A DNA stretch of 57,534 bases, the filler included, from Sphacelaria rigidula (lineage: Eukaryota), in NCBI GenBank assembly GCA_964200075.2. It is 7 parts of 7 records of this genome, joined end to end, with 100 filler letters (N's around TTAATTAATTAA, not from the genome) between each part and the next. Parts side by side here need not be neighbours in the genome. Positions count along the whole stretch, not along the records: positions 32,937 to 41,069 come from CAXNAA020012181.1; positions 41,170 to 49,302 come from CAXNAA020012182.1; positions 49,403 to 57,534 come from CAXNAA020012183.1; 4 more parts are not named here. The stretch is one strand, 5' to 3'. Below, piece after piece: positions 37,722-50,157 of the stretch. The position numbers and the translations under genes were made by a program. The notes under the pieces were generated by a model. The model was not told where the DNA came from. It saw only the letters and a list, made by a program, of their open reading frames with translations, and did not search any database. The number at the start of each line of letters is the position of its first letter. Position 1 is the stretch's first letter.

Positions 37722-38564
37722 CTGAGGCGAGCACGAGCACAGAGTACACCGAGAACGGGAAGCGGGAGCGGTCGTGCCTACAACACCGAACTCCTCAACC
37801 CGTGCAGCAATGAAAACTGTACAGCTGGTATCCGCGCGTGCACTCACGTAAAATTCATGTACCTCGTGTGCAGCACCTTGTGCTCCACCTTACGTACGTA
37901 TTGTATGCATATGTCGACATAAACAGGAGATGGACAACAGTTTGGGGGTATGCCGCGAGACAGTAGTTCGTTTTCCTTTTCTTACTCTCAGGTGTCACTG
38001 CTGGGCTCCTCTCTTGCCTTGCGCAACGCCGACACTGGATAGACCACGTTCAAGCGACAACATAGGAGACAGCTTCACGTGTGACAACATGTGACAAACA
38101 GTGGACCGGCTGGGGGACTACCGACGAACGTACATGCCCGCACGGACGGGGGGTGGGGCGTCCGTATTATATCAACCCACTCTTGTTCGTATTTCTGGAC
38201 ACTCGTAGCCCATCTTTCAAAACCAGGTAGACATTCCGTTTCGACACGCTTGGGCTCACAGACACCCGAATTACCTCCAACATGTCGAGCGGATTCCTGG
38301 TGGACAAGCGGAAGACGCTGTGTGGGGGTATCTGACCCCGGTCGCCTGCCGCTTGAAATGAACTGTGGTCGCCCAAGGCACGTCAACATGCAACACAACT
38401 CTACACGTGAGACACGAGTCGACAGTATAACGGGCGTATCTAGTCGGATACATGCATGCGCCTGCACATTAGCATATTCCTCGAGACAGCGATAACAACA
38501 ACACCGGACCAATCCGACGACAACAGCGCCAGTAACAGCGCCGGCACGAACACCAGAAACTCAC

Positions 38565-39269
38565 CAACTCATCCACGATCAAGCACGTATAACGACCCCC
38601 ACGCTCCTCCACAACACGCACAGGCGCTGGATACCCTCCCACCATGGCAGCTAGAAAAACGTCGCCGTCCCCACCACCGCCAAACAGCAGGCACAGCGAC
38701 AACACTGACACCGCTCCCAGCACCGTGGACATGAAAAAGCCAGCGGAAAACGCCTTCCAACTCCACTTCGCCGTGACTGATTTCTCTTCACCCTCATTGT
38801 CCCCATTGCTGGCGCCATATCTCATCCTCGACATTGTTGACCTTCCTTCGCCGTCTGGAGCGCGCGTCTGTAGTACGCTTGCCTCAGTTGTTGCCACTGC
38901 TTCCTTGACCCCACCAGGTGACAACGCCTGCAGCAGACGGTCGGTGTCGCCCTTCCCTACCCTGTGAGTAGCGGTACCGCTGACTGGGGACCTATCGGGG
39001 TACGATAGCTCGGTTTTCGCAAACGCGGATGCGAGGGAGGAGGATGCCGGAGAGGGCGCCGCGGTCGCCGGAGAGGGGCATCGTGTCGCCGTAGCAGCAG
39101 CAGCAGCAGCAGCAGCGGCGGCGGCGGCGGCGGCGCCAGAGGCAGAGGAGGAAGAAGAAGGGGATATATGGTACTGCTGCCTTCGGCCGGCAGAGGATAG
39201 CGGGGAGTAATCCAGGGCCGGGATGTAGTTCAGCTCGATTTCCACGCTGCCAGACCACACTTGGGAGCC
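38565..39269 (-). CDS. Large exon: end of a C2-like domain, Ser/Ala low-complexity linker and hydrophobic TM segment
   Basis: Acceptor ggcag|. Encodes GSQVWSGSVEIELNYIP...poly-Ala...AFSAGFFMSTVLGAVSVLSLCLLFG. Donor is either TTG|gtgagt (38565) or CCT|gtgcgt (38622). Confidence 0.65.
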
Positions 39270-39628
39270 CTGCCGTTTCAAGTATATGCCGTGTTTTTGT
39301 TTCGGGTATGGCGTGGCATGGGGGTATGCCGTGTGATTTTCTGAGCGTCGGGTAAACAGCGGGGGTGGGGGGGTTGCGCGCGCCAGCAAGGCGACGGAGT
39401 ATGGTACAAGAACCGGCTTGTGGAAATGTCCATCAATGTTTTCGTAGAAACCATCGAGCAAAGGGAAATGCCTGGATATGATGTATCCACACAAGTGTTT
39501 GTCCTGAGGACAACGATGGCAATAATGATCTTGTCATACCGGTGGAGCGTGGGTACGAGAAAGAAGGACGTGGAAACAAACTACTGATCGAGGGATCCCG
39601 TACAAAAAAATAAAAATAAAAAACTCAC

Positions 39629-39772
39629 CACAAGGTCCTTGCGAAACATGGGGAGACTGATGATCTTGTGACTACGAGACAGGGCGACGCTGAGCTTTCC
39701 TATCAGCTCCGGCACGTCCCCCGCGTGGTAGCACTTGAGCAATACCTTATCATCTTCCGCATTTTTGCTCTC
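39629..39772 (-). CDS. Exon of the C2-like/TM gene (not in ORF track)
   Basis: gggcag| ... GTG|gtgagt, 48 codons, phase 0/0: ESKNAEDDKVLLKCYHAGDVPELIGKLSVALSRSHKIISLPMFRKDLV. Confidence 0.65.
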
Positions 39773-40044
39773 CTGCCCAGGATCAAACAGTTGTGTTCAA
39801 AAGACGGAAACAGCTTGCGTAGGTGTCGACAGAATATCCCAAGCCAAGAGGATTCGGAACTGTCCTCATGGGAAAATAAGCCCTCTGCTCCCCCCTCCCC
39901 AGGCCACGATGTGTAGGGGGGAAAATCAAGTTATGTGTGGAGACCATGTATGTATGAGCGTAATGAGCACCATAATACACATGTGAACCAGAGAAACAGT
40001 CACAGTAATGGGGTCCGCCAGTGACATACGGTGCTCTGTCTCAA

Positions 40045-40108
40045 AAGGGATGCGTGATCGATGGTCAAACGACTAAGGCAAGCAACAAATGAGTACGCGC
40101 TCCCCCGC
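40045..40108 (+). repeat. Family R3, short type-b copy
   Basis: GGGATGCGTGATCGATGGTCAAACGACTAAGGCAAGCAACAAATGAGTACG. Confidence 0.8.
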
Positions 40109-40443
40109 CTCCAGGCTATTTTCGGGTAAAATAGGACTTTGGGGCTAGTGGTACTGAGAATAACTACGAGCCCTCTTGCCCAATACTGCCCAATCGACGT
40201 CTCACACTGTACTGTACAATATCAATATCATCAACGCGTTCCCTACTTGAGCGCGAGTTGGCCGGACTTTGAGAGGGGGGGGGGGGGGGGGGGGGGGGGG
40301 GCCAAAGGTGTTGGGGGGGGGGGAAAAAAATTAAAACCAAAAAAACTTCGAAAAACCCCGCCCAACCCCCCNNNNNNNNNNCCACACCTCTCGACGTCGC
40401 CCACTCTTAGCGCTTGATCATTACCACAACTGCGGGCGCGGTG

Positions 40444-40500
<57 letters not shown>

Positions 40501-43500
40501 GTTGGGCTACAGTAGTTGTCGATGGAGAGACAAAGCTTACACAACAGTAACTTCGACAAACGCCGCGCAATCCTCCGAGGATATCCGTGCCGAGGCCACC
40601 ATCAGAAGCGCTTTATCGTCTCGGGACAGCAATAGTGTTTCATGTAGCCGTTATCGCGGCGGCCGTAGAACATGTATCGGAAAATACAAGCAGCTATTGC
40701 TGAATAGCTGAACGGCGTAGCGCATTTGATGGGGAGTGTACACACTGCAGTCGCGTGTGCGGGTGTCGTTGAGTGGGGTTGTGATTCTGCACGGGTAGGG
40801 TTATCAGGGAAATTGAAAGTTCCCGTCAACCCCCCGAGCCATCGGAGCAAGCGGGACGAGCAAGCGTTGATACGCATAGAAGCAACGCGTATGGAACCGT
40901 TGTGGTTCCCCTTACGCATCTCTTCTACCCAAGCGGGAACTCATAGCGTTGAGAGTTGGGGAAGGGGGTCCACCCTCGGTCGGCGTTTGCGTTTTGAATA
41001 CGAGCTGGGCCAGCCTAGAGGCTGCATGAACGTTTGCAGGCGGATGCGCCGGCCAATATTTGGAGTGAGNNNNNNNNNNNNNNNNNNNNNNNNNNNNNNN
41101 NNNNNNNNNNNNNTTAATTAATTAANNNNNNNNNNNNNNNNNNNNNNNNNNNNNNNNNNNNNNNNNNNNACGCAGGAATGGGGATCGGGTATCGGTAAGC
41201 CTCCCGTTCAGCACAGGGGTATCGCACTCTTATACCACGTTCTTCTCTCTGCCTGTTCTCTCGTCTTTCATGCGATCTGTCTGATCATGAAACCTGCGTT
41301 CACCACCGCCATGCTTCCCCGAGGAACCAAGGCGATATATATATATACAGGAAGACGGGTTGAACATAAGATGCACCTCTAGCGGCGACTACATGTGTCA
41401 TGAGGAGATCATGGGGTATAATTCTCCGCTCCTTGCTACGGTGTCGTCGGGATACCGAACTACGCCGCACAGGCAGTCAAACGATGGGATAATGGAAAAC
41501 GCCAAAAGGGTGAAGATATGAAACTGGAACAAGGCTCTGCGCAAAGCTATTACTATTTAATTTGGCATCTATACCAACGGGTTCCTACAACATAGATGCA
41601 ATCTTGTCATAACCCTTTGACCCGGCCTGACGGGCGACATAGAGTGGACGAATGAACAAAGGATATGCTGCAGATTGTACTATATTTCCTTTGGCGAAGC
41701 GCACTGCCCATAAAGTCTGCACTCCTAATGGTTTCCTGCACAGCATTCTTTGCGGGTACATTCGTAGAGCGTCTCTGGACGCAACAATGACACCTCATAT
41801 ACTACTTCGTATCGTATACTGTATTTGGGGGACTACAAAAGATACACACGAGAGACGAAACTAGGGTAAACTACAGCGAAGATTGCCCATGCGCGGTACA
41901 TGAAAAGTGCAAGCTCACAAGTTTAGCCTGGCAAAGCAGCAAGTCGGACATGCTCCCAATGCATGAAGGAAGCAGAATACCATGGATCGGTTGTGAAGCT
42001 ATATCACTGTTGTATCCTGGCATCGCATGCTGGCATATATACAGGTCAAACTGCGGCATTTTTTCGTGGGCACGCAATAATGGCTTGCTCAAATTGCTTG
42101 CGGACCGCGAGCGTCGTGCCTGGTTTCCCACAATATATCGCATTCGGTTTCACAGCCACGCGTTAACATTGTCAAAACGTCACCCAACCCCCGTCCCACC
42201 TGTAATACCAGATGCATCAAGCTAGATTTAATTTGCGATTGCGTGCCGACGAGCTTGGCCCAACCGTGCCCAATCTTCCCACATGCTGAGCGCAGGCGAG
42301 TCGTAGTGTTATCATGACTCTAGCTAACTGTAGTTGCTAGCTTTTGTGTTGCGAGGACATATGAATAATTTGAAACCAGCGCACAACGTGAGTTTGAAGA
42401 CCAGCCGCACATGTGCAGCAAAGTACCAAGCTACGCGTGCACCACACATACTGCTGTGTGACAGGGTAGAGAAAATCGTCTCCGCATCTCTGCCAGCGCA
42501 GATTTTTGGCGTTCATCGTGCGCAGCGTAGACTATACGCTTGCCGCACAAAATCGTTTATCAGGCCGCGCATACACGTATTTTTTTGCGACGGTGCTTTC
42601 GCCTGTAAGCAAAAAAAACATGGACTGCCTTTTCCGTGTGTTGACGCGGGAACCCTTTACTTTTTCTTGCCTCCAGGGCCTCTCCGGGGGGGCGCATATC
42701 GCCTCCGACTTCTGCGGAGCATCTCTCTAACCCTGCTTTGTGGCGAAAAGATCGCCCCCACACCTTGAAATGGAGACGCAACTTTGCCGCGGCAGCACCG
42801 GCAATATTAAGACCCAACGTAGTGCTTGTCTACCAACACAGAGGGAGCAAAGAAATAAGTGTACCACTAACGACACCTTCATCAATACAGTAGGTGGAAG
42901 CGCGGGTCTGGGGTGACTGAGGGTCGGCCGAGATAGGCAAGATCCAAACAGAAGTCATATTCATCATGACGCAGAAGTACGTATCGAACGCCGTCTTTCC
43001 AAAAATCCTCAACTGCTGATATCTTTATCCGCGGATAGAACATCACGTACATAGTCGTTCTGTCGATGCCTGCATCATGTACCAATTGAACACAACAAAC
43101 AAGATGGGTAGTCAAGGCGGACGTCCAAGCGCATGCTGACCGTGGGTTGATAGGGAGGAGGGAATGGTGGTGGGGGGGCACTGGGTGGGGGGGCGGGGGA
43201 GGGGGGAGAAAGGTGCATCCACGAACGTGCACCTCGGCCGCTACAGCGTGCACTACACGGGCGTTCCATCTCAAGAGAGCCATAATGCTTGATCGTCTCA
43301 TTTCCTAATTTCGCACGCACGTGCACAAAAGCAACCCCTCTCTGTCTGCAACCCGTTCTGTCTGAATCGTTCGTCTGACGTCACGGCGAATGGCCGATGC
43401 CCCGCTGAGTTCAAAACAAAGCGCTGCTCTCGTCACGCGTCATTCCAGGTTGAGATGCAGTCTATCTTGTAGCTACTGCTGAGTACCGCCGTCCTCGGCA

Positions 43501-44714
43501 CTGGTCACATCGGAAACACGCTCTGCGCCTCTTCTTCAGGCCGTGATACCCGGATAGCGTTGCAATAGTGAAAGCTGTATTCACAGTTATAAATGAGTCA
43601 CAAACTAGAAAGCAACTGCAGCACAGCAACGAGAGTTGCAATCAAGCTCCTCACGTGCCGTAAACTGCTTGAAAACCACGGCGCCGATATTCGTCACTGC
43701 TTCCATGCGGCTACTGCGCGTGAGTACCTGAAGATCTTCCGTAGACGAGTCGATCACGGTCACGTTCGCAGAGACTGCGTCATTGTTGGAGGCGCGAACG
43801 AAGACAGCGGGTTGGACGATACTCTGCAGTACTAGGAGCGCCAGCACAAAAATCAGTGTTCCTGATGCGTGTGGAAATAATGTCGACGTCATTGCTGTTG
43901 CTTGTGTCTCAACTGCTACTTTAGTTCTCCTGAGGGAAGTCTAGAACTACAGAATCAGATGCACTGTGGTGGGCGGGTGGCATCGAAGATTTTGACGGTT
44001 TCCTGTGCTGTAGCACTCATAAATACTGGAACAATCGCTTGAGGTATATATGTATATCCTCACCTTAGCGAAGATATAGCTGGAGTTACGACTGGATACC
44101 ACACATCCGTTGATGTGTCCATGTCTTGACCCTGTATCTCTGTGCTCCAAATTTACGCCGCATTTTCTCCTGCCGCGCCTCCTTCACCACATACTGTAGT
44201 CGCGGAAATCCAAAAAGTTCCGCATTGGTATTTTTAATCAGCCGCTGATTCTAATGAGCATAGTCGGCTGGTGGACTTGCCCCACCCCAGGCTCTTAGGA
44301 GTACCTGTGTGGTAGCAGAGACATTTCATATTCATAATAAGCAAGAAATAGCAACAAACTGAGCACCGCTGGAAACAGTAATAGTACGGTACAGCGGTAT
44401 GATACTCGTAGTCGTATGGTATGGTCAAGCAGAGGAACACTTTACATCTCAGCTTTGAATATACACACCTTGTTGAGTCACGCCGTCGTATAGCATGGAG
44501 TCGCTATCGAATAATCCACCACATACTACATACTGAACTGGCATCTCGGCGGGTCTGCTGTCGCTAGGGGCACGAGAGGAAATATGGGACCCAACGAAGC
44601 GCCCGCTTCACAGCAGGCATACAAGACCTGGTGTCGTTGTGCTCACTCGGTTGTCGGCGTGAATGCATCAAAGTACTGTCGACGAACCCCCCAAGCATTA
44701 AGGTCAGCGCCGTC

Positions 44715-45010
44715 TTCTTTTTCTTTTCTCTTTTGTCCTCACACTTTGAACCCCTCCCCTTCCTCGGGATGAGTCCGTGGTCTCAAGGGGTCAACCCACC
44801 TCTCCCCCGGTACGAGCCTTTCATTTTCGTCTCGTGGATTGGGTCAGCACTCCCGCACCGCGTCACCTCACGCCACACAAACCCAGTCGACTACTTTGTT
44901 TACTCACTTTCTAACGCTTTCCACGGTGGAAATCACACATTACAAAGAAAAACCCAACGCATCGGGAATCGAACCCCCGTTCTCTCCACCCTAATGGCGA
45001 CAGTCGGACC
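44715..45010 (-). mobile_element. SINE family S2, second copy
   Basis: Colinear with 1790-2060; B-box GGTTCGATTCCC on the minus strand. Confidence 0.7.
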
Positions 45011-46039
45011 ATTACACCACCACCGCGCCGTCTTACATGTACTTCAATGATACCGACGACGCGACGACGATTGTTTTGAACGACAGTGAACCCGCCGCTG
45101 CCTCGTTTTACACCGTTAACAGTAACGCTCGTAAATGCAGTAAAATAGTGACATTATATGTACCTGCCCCGCTGTAGCACGTGGCCAGTTGATCGTCGGG
45201 TGACATTTCTTCTTACTACACGCATTGCCTTAGCCAAAAGGAAGACAAAAAAAACGAAGAACAAACTAGAGGCAGCCCAAGATTCTGACAGTACTTTGAA
45301 ATGTCGTAACTCATCAAACACATATATGTCTATATGTTCGACTAAGGCATTGCGTTTTCGCGTGTTGAAGTGTAGAACCTACGCGTGAGACTTCAGCTCA
45401 AAGCTCCTTATACTGGGCCGAGCATTTCGGTGAATGTATGACTATGCAGATATACCGCCCCGTAGGGCGGCAGGTCGTGGGTTCGAATCCCGACTGACAC
45501 GTTTTCTTTCGGGTGGGTAAAAAGAAAAAGCTACAAGTCCATCAGGGAAATACAACCTTTTGAATTTGCTAGCGAGAAGAATTCTTAACTGGTGTGCGGA
45601 AGGTCTTCGCAAATTTTCGGCTCCACAAATCCTAAAAATGGTCTTAGCGTTCTCCCTTTTGTATGACACCACTGCATCCCGATGGTCCAGGGGGTTCAGG
45701 GGGTCCAGGAGAATCCAGCTACGGGGGTCATGAGTCTGAATCCCGCCAGATACCATTTTTTTTAAGAATCTGGTTCTGCCGTTGTGGTCATATGTTATGC
45801 AGTACATTATTTACTTTTTTCAAGCGGCAGAGTATGCATCAGCCGGTTGGTCTGTACTTTACAGTGATATACTTGTACTCTATTTGGTTAATAATGCGGG
45901 AAACTAAAAATAGTCGTCGTGTGCTAGAGAAATGCCCGTTTATCGGCTGGCCCAGCTCGCACCTTTCTCAATCACTTGTAATTATTCCAGCAATATCCGC
46001 CTCCTCGGAAGGAGCGTACCCAACCGCCGACCAAAACAA

Positions 46040-48255
46040 GAGACAGGGACAGCGAGATGCGCTTCGACCGCAAAGCCCTCGCACCCGACCGACGTTCGAG
46101 AGCGACTCTTACGCAAGCTACTTATTGCCAAGCTCCTGAACGCCACTAACTCCACCGCAGCCCTGAACGTCAACGACATGGCATCCATCTACCTTCGCCA
46201 ACGCCCTGCGACAGACGGCCGCGGATGCACTCCCTCGCTTCTCAAAGAACCCCCCGTCTAGAGGTTTCAGTGAGTGGCCACAGGCTCAGGATTGCGTCCA
46301 GAGGCGTGGGCGTCCAGAGGCGTGGAATACCGGAAAACGGGTTTGGGAGAAACTACGGATCAACCCCAAAGACCCTGACCTGAAAAGACAGCTGAAGGTG
46401 ACGGACGGACAAAGCGTTCAAGCGGGTGAAGGGCTCTCAGCGGCAGAAGTTCATTCGTGGGTTCATCGTCCGGACAGCAGAGTTTGCTCGTAAGAAGGAC
46501 CAAGCAGGGCTGTACCAACACGTCAAGTCCGTGGAACTGGACGTGGGAGAGGGGTGCGGGTCAACCTACATTTCGAGCGCGTCTGACAAGTTGTTGCGCG
46601 ACAAGTAAGCTATGGCGCAACGGTGGAAGGGGTGGTCTGAAGCGGTTCTAAACGCAACCTCGCCTACGATCGACCACTCTGTCATCCATCTCATTGAACA
46701 GATGCCGGACCACGCACCGCTCGTGACCGAGCCCTCGATGGAAGACGTGAAGGAAGCATTGGGCGAGCTGGTGAATGGCAAGACCACTGGGACGCAAATC
46801 CTTCGTGGCGAACAGTTGAATTGAAACTCGATCGCACTGAGGCCTCTGTAATCCTGAAATGTCTCCACAACATCGTGCTCACCGTGTGGCGTCATGAGTA
46901 GTGCCACAGGAATGGAAATATGAGGTCATCAAGGTGCTCTTCAAGAAACAGGACTCGCGCGAATGCGGCAACTTCCACGGTATTTCGCTGGGGTCCCACA
47001 CGGGCAAGGTGGTTCTCAAGCTAGTTGCGACTCGCCTCAGCGCCTACTGCGAGCAGAAGGGAGTTCTCCCAGTATCTCAATGCGGTTTCCGACCCGGCCG
47101 GTCGACAGTCCACATGATGTACATTGTAAGCAGACTTCAAGAACTGGTGAGGGAGAAGAATCTTCCATGTACATGTGCTTCATCGACCTCGAAAAGGCGT
47201 ACGACCCAGTGGAGCGCTCTCTTTTTTGGAACGTGCTAGCACGATATGGTATCCTCGCCGAGATTACTTCCAGAATCCGCCAGTTTCACGACGGCATGCG
47301 GGCATGCGTACGCTTTGACAGCGGTGAGACGTCTGAGTGGTTTAACATTAACCACGGCCTCCGTAAAGGCTGTATGCTTCCCCCCCGGTTTATTCAGCAT
47401 GTCATTCGCAGCGGTGCTGGTGGTTACGTTCGACCGCTTCTCGATCAATAAAGCGGTGGCACAGGACTTCATCCGCGCGCTGAAAGGGGCGGGAAGAATA
47501 GGGACGAACTTAGCAAGGTACTTTGGGCCTTGCCAAACCCCGACGACGCTGGCATCGCCTCGCGATCTTAAGTAAGCCTGAAAAAGATGATGACGGTCGT
47601 GTGTGCGACGTTCGGCCTTGTCGTGGCGGGAACGAAGACGGTCGCTATGTACATACGCTCCCCGAACATGAAGGCGGGTGTGGTCGATGTGGAGGCGGCG
47701 GATCAAAGGTACGAGCGAGTTGGGTCTAATCTCTACCTTGGTGGAAAAATCAACAGCATCGGCAATTTCAATCCTGAGATCCGCAATCGCATTGGCCAGG
47801 CCTGGACGTGCTTCCACATGTACAGCAGAGCGGTGTACGACAACCCGTGCATCGCCCTGACCACCAAGGTTCGTCTCCTGAAGACTGAAGTGATCGAGGT
47901 GATGCTGTACGGCTGCGTGACCTGGACGATCGCACACGACAATTGCATTACGGGAAGCCCACCGGAGATTCCTGCTGAGGTGTCTCCACAAGCAGACCTT
48001 GAGCCGCAGCGCTCCCGACCACCACATGCTGCCGTGCCACGAGATCTCGAAAGAACTGGCTGCGAGTGCATCGAGGCTACCGTGGTGAGGCGAATCCTCC
48101 TTCACGCCGGTCACGTTGTGCGCATGCACGATGGACGCCTCCCTAGCATCGTCATGCGAGGAGTGGTGATCGGAGGGAAGATAAAGGCAGGTCAACCAGC
48201 AAGCTGCTTACAGCACTGTACTGTGTCACGGAATATTGCACCAACATCGGAATAA
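46040..48255 (+). mobile_element. Decayed non-LTR retrotransposon (RTE-clade LINE), RT pseudogene
   Basis: Motifs across frames: [81 protein letters not shown]. Several stops and frameshifts. Confidence 0.93.
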
Positions 48256-49744
48256 ACACGATATCTCAGACATGGGTTGCCCGAGATCTTTCCCGTTGAT
48301 ATCGAACCGCAGAAGAAAGAGCTAAGATGTACAGGGCAGCCTGGACCAAGGCACGCCACGCTAAGAAACTGCATGCTGTGTTACCGCTAGAGTTCTCTCA
48401 ATGCCTATCGAGAACCTCCGAAACGTACTGGGTAGACCAAGACCATCGCGTAGCACACTTGTTAGTCCATCTTCCGTTTTCCGAATAGCTCTGGTTTTTT
48501 ACTTTGAGGGTACCCGGGGTTGATGAGTTTACCCTTGCTTGGTAGCCGTTCGAAATCCCTGTTGTCTTGCCTTTTCTTTTCTTTACTTTCCTTTCATCTT
48601 CTGTATACTTCACCAGAAAGTCTGAGGGATTTGTTTTTACCTCACCCCGATGAACTCGGGGAAAGCTATTTCTCTTCTACTTTCGTGACGTCTCTCTTCT
48701 TGTCTTCATTTCGTGCAGTTTTTTTTTTCTTTTCTGAAGTATCAGGAGAAACGCTGAGAACTCGACTTCTTATAAGGTAACAGTACGGGACGGTATTGGA
48801 AAGATGAGACTACGTCTGTAACCACGGGTTCGAGAGATCGGGCGAATGTGCGGAGAATAATGTTCCTGCCAGAGTGGGCGTGGCACGACTTTAGAGAAGT
48901 GAGTCTGTGTGGCAATCAAGCACTGTAATGGTCCTGGGTCGTGGCATTTTTATCCGTTGAGCAAATGATGCGCCCTGCTGCTGTGGTCAGAAGCAGCATC
49001 ACCAAACACCACACGGACTAAACACCTGATATCTTAATGTAGGGACCCATCAGCCCAGGACGGTGAAGTGAGTTGTCGGAAGAGGACATACCTCTGTGGT
49101 GCGTACACACCAGCCCAGATTTGAGCAGCGGTCAGCATCCCTTTCATCGCATGCAACTGCGAACGTGTGCATTCGCAATTTTCCGCACTATTTCGAGCTG
49201 GGTACTCACGATAGTCGAACAGCTCGTGAGAGATCTTCAAGTCTCAAAATATTATTGCGACAAGGTTCAGCGACGAAAGTGACTGTGTTCCATAGGGGGG
49301 GGNNNNNNNNNNNNNNNNNNNNNNNNNNNNNNNNNNNNNNNNNNNNTTAATTAATTAANNNNNNNNNNNNNNNNNNNNNNNNNNNNNNNNNNNNNNNNNN
49401 NNTAGCATTGCTCAGGGGAAGTCCTAAAATAACGGATAGTTTTCCTGGAAAGCAATCGTTCATTGTAACGGGTATAAAACGTTTAAGCAAGGAAACTTCG
49501 ATTTTGAACAGGGAAAGATGTACTACGATACCCCTGAATACTATTCCACATGTTTCATTCGGAGCGATGTTCCCCCCCCAAACCCACAGTTTTGTCACAA
49601 ATCCTATCTGAGGAGAGGGTGCCAGCACTTTCCGTCGCTAGGTCAGACCCCGTTTGGGGCCGACAGGAAGAATATACAAACTACAGCTGATGCGGGTTCT
49701 AAATTAAAGAAAATGGCTCGGATTTTGCAAGCGCGTTGCACTGC

Positions 49745-49978
49745 TGTAATAATATATCAGTAGCAGAGCAAGCCGCACCCCAAAGAAGGGATGTGACAAG
49801 CCAGTCCTGTGTTCGGCTCGTTAAACCAAGCAGCAGGTTTACAATCTCAACACAACAATTCCAGCTGTTTGGGGAAAAGCACAGTCCAAGCCTGAACGAT
49901 AATTGCAATCGGTGGATAAGGATGATAGTACAGCACAGCTTGCAGACTCACGTCAGTTGGCTGTGGACTTGAAACCGG
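49745..49978 (-). repeat. Left terminal direct repeat (3' LTR-like) of the gag-only element
   Basis: Aligns with 55103-55330 with about a dozen substitutions and one 5-bp indel; begins TGTA on the plus strand. Confidence 0.9.
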
Positions 49979-50157
49979 CGAACGTTGATTCCTGATTGTG
50001 GAATTGTGTGATGATTGAGGAATGAGCGGTCATCAGAAGTAGAAAATATATGGGCAAGTGGTGGCGCCAAAATTTTGGGTGTAGTCACTCGTCCTGTGTT
50101 ACCCCAGTGTCTGCTGCTCGGAAACGCCGGAATATGAAAAATGTTTCCAGAAAGTGG

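Noticed and set aside
40272..40499. Long poly-G runs as G-quadruplex elements (also poly-C at 62-98)
   Set aside because: They lie next to an N-gap or contig edge in low-quality-looking sequence, so the lengths are probably sequencing or gap-fill artefacts.
43080..43730. Ankyrin-like phrases (KLLENHGADI; ALLRWNA)
   Set aside because: Short, on opposite strands, with no TPLH motif and no consistent exon structure.
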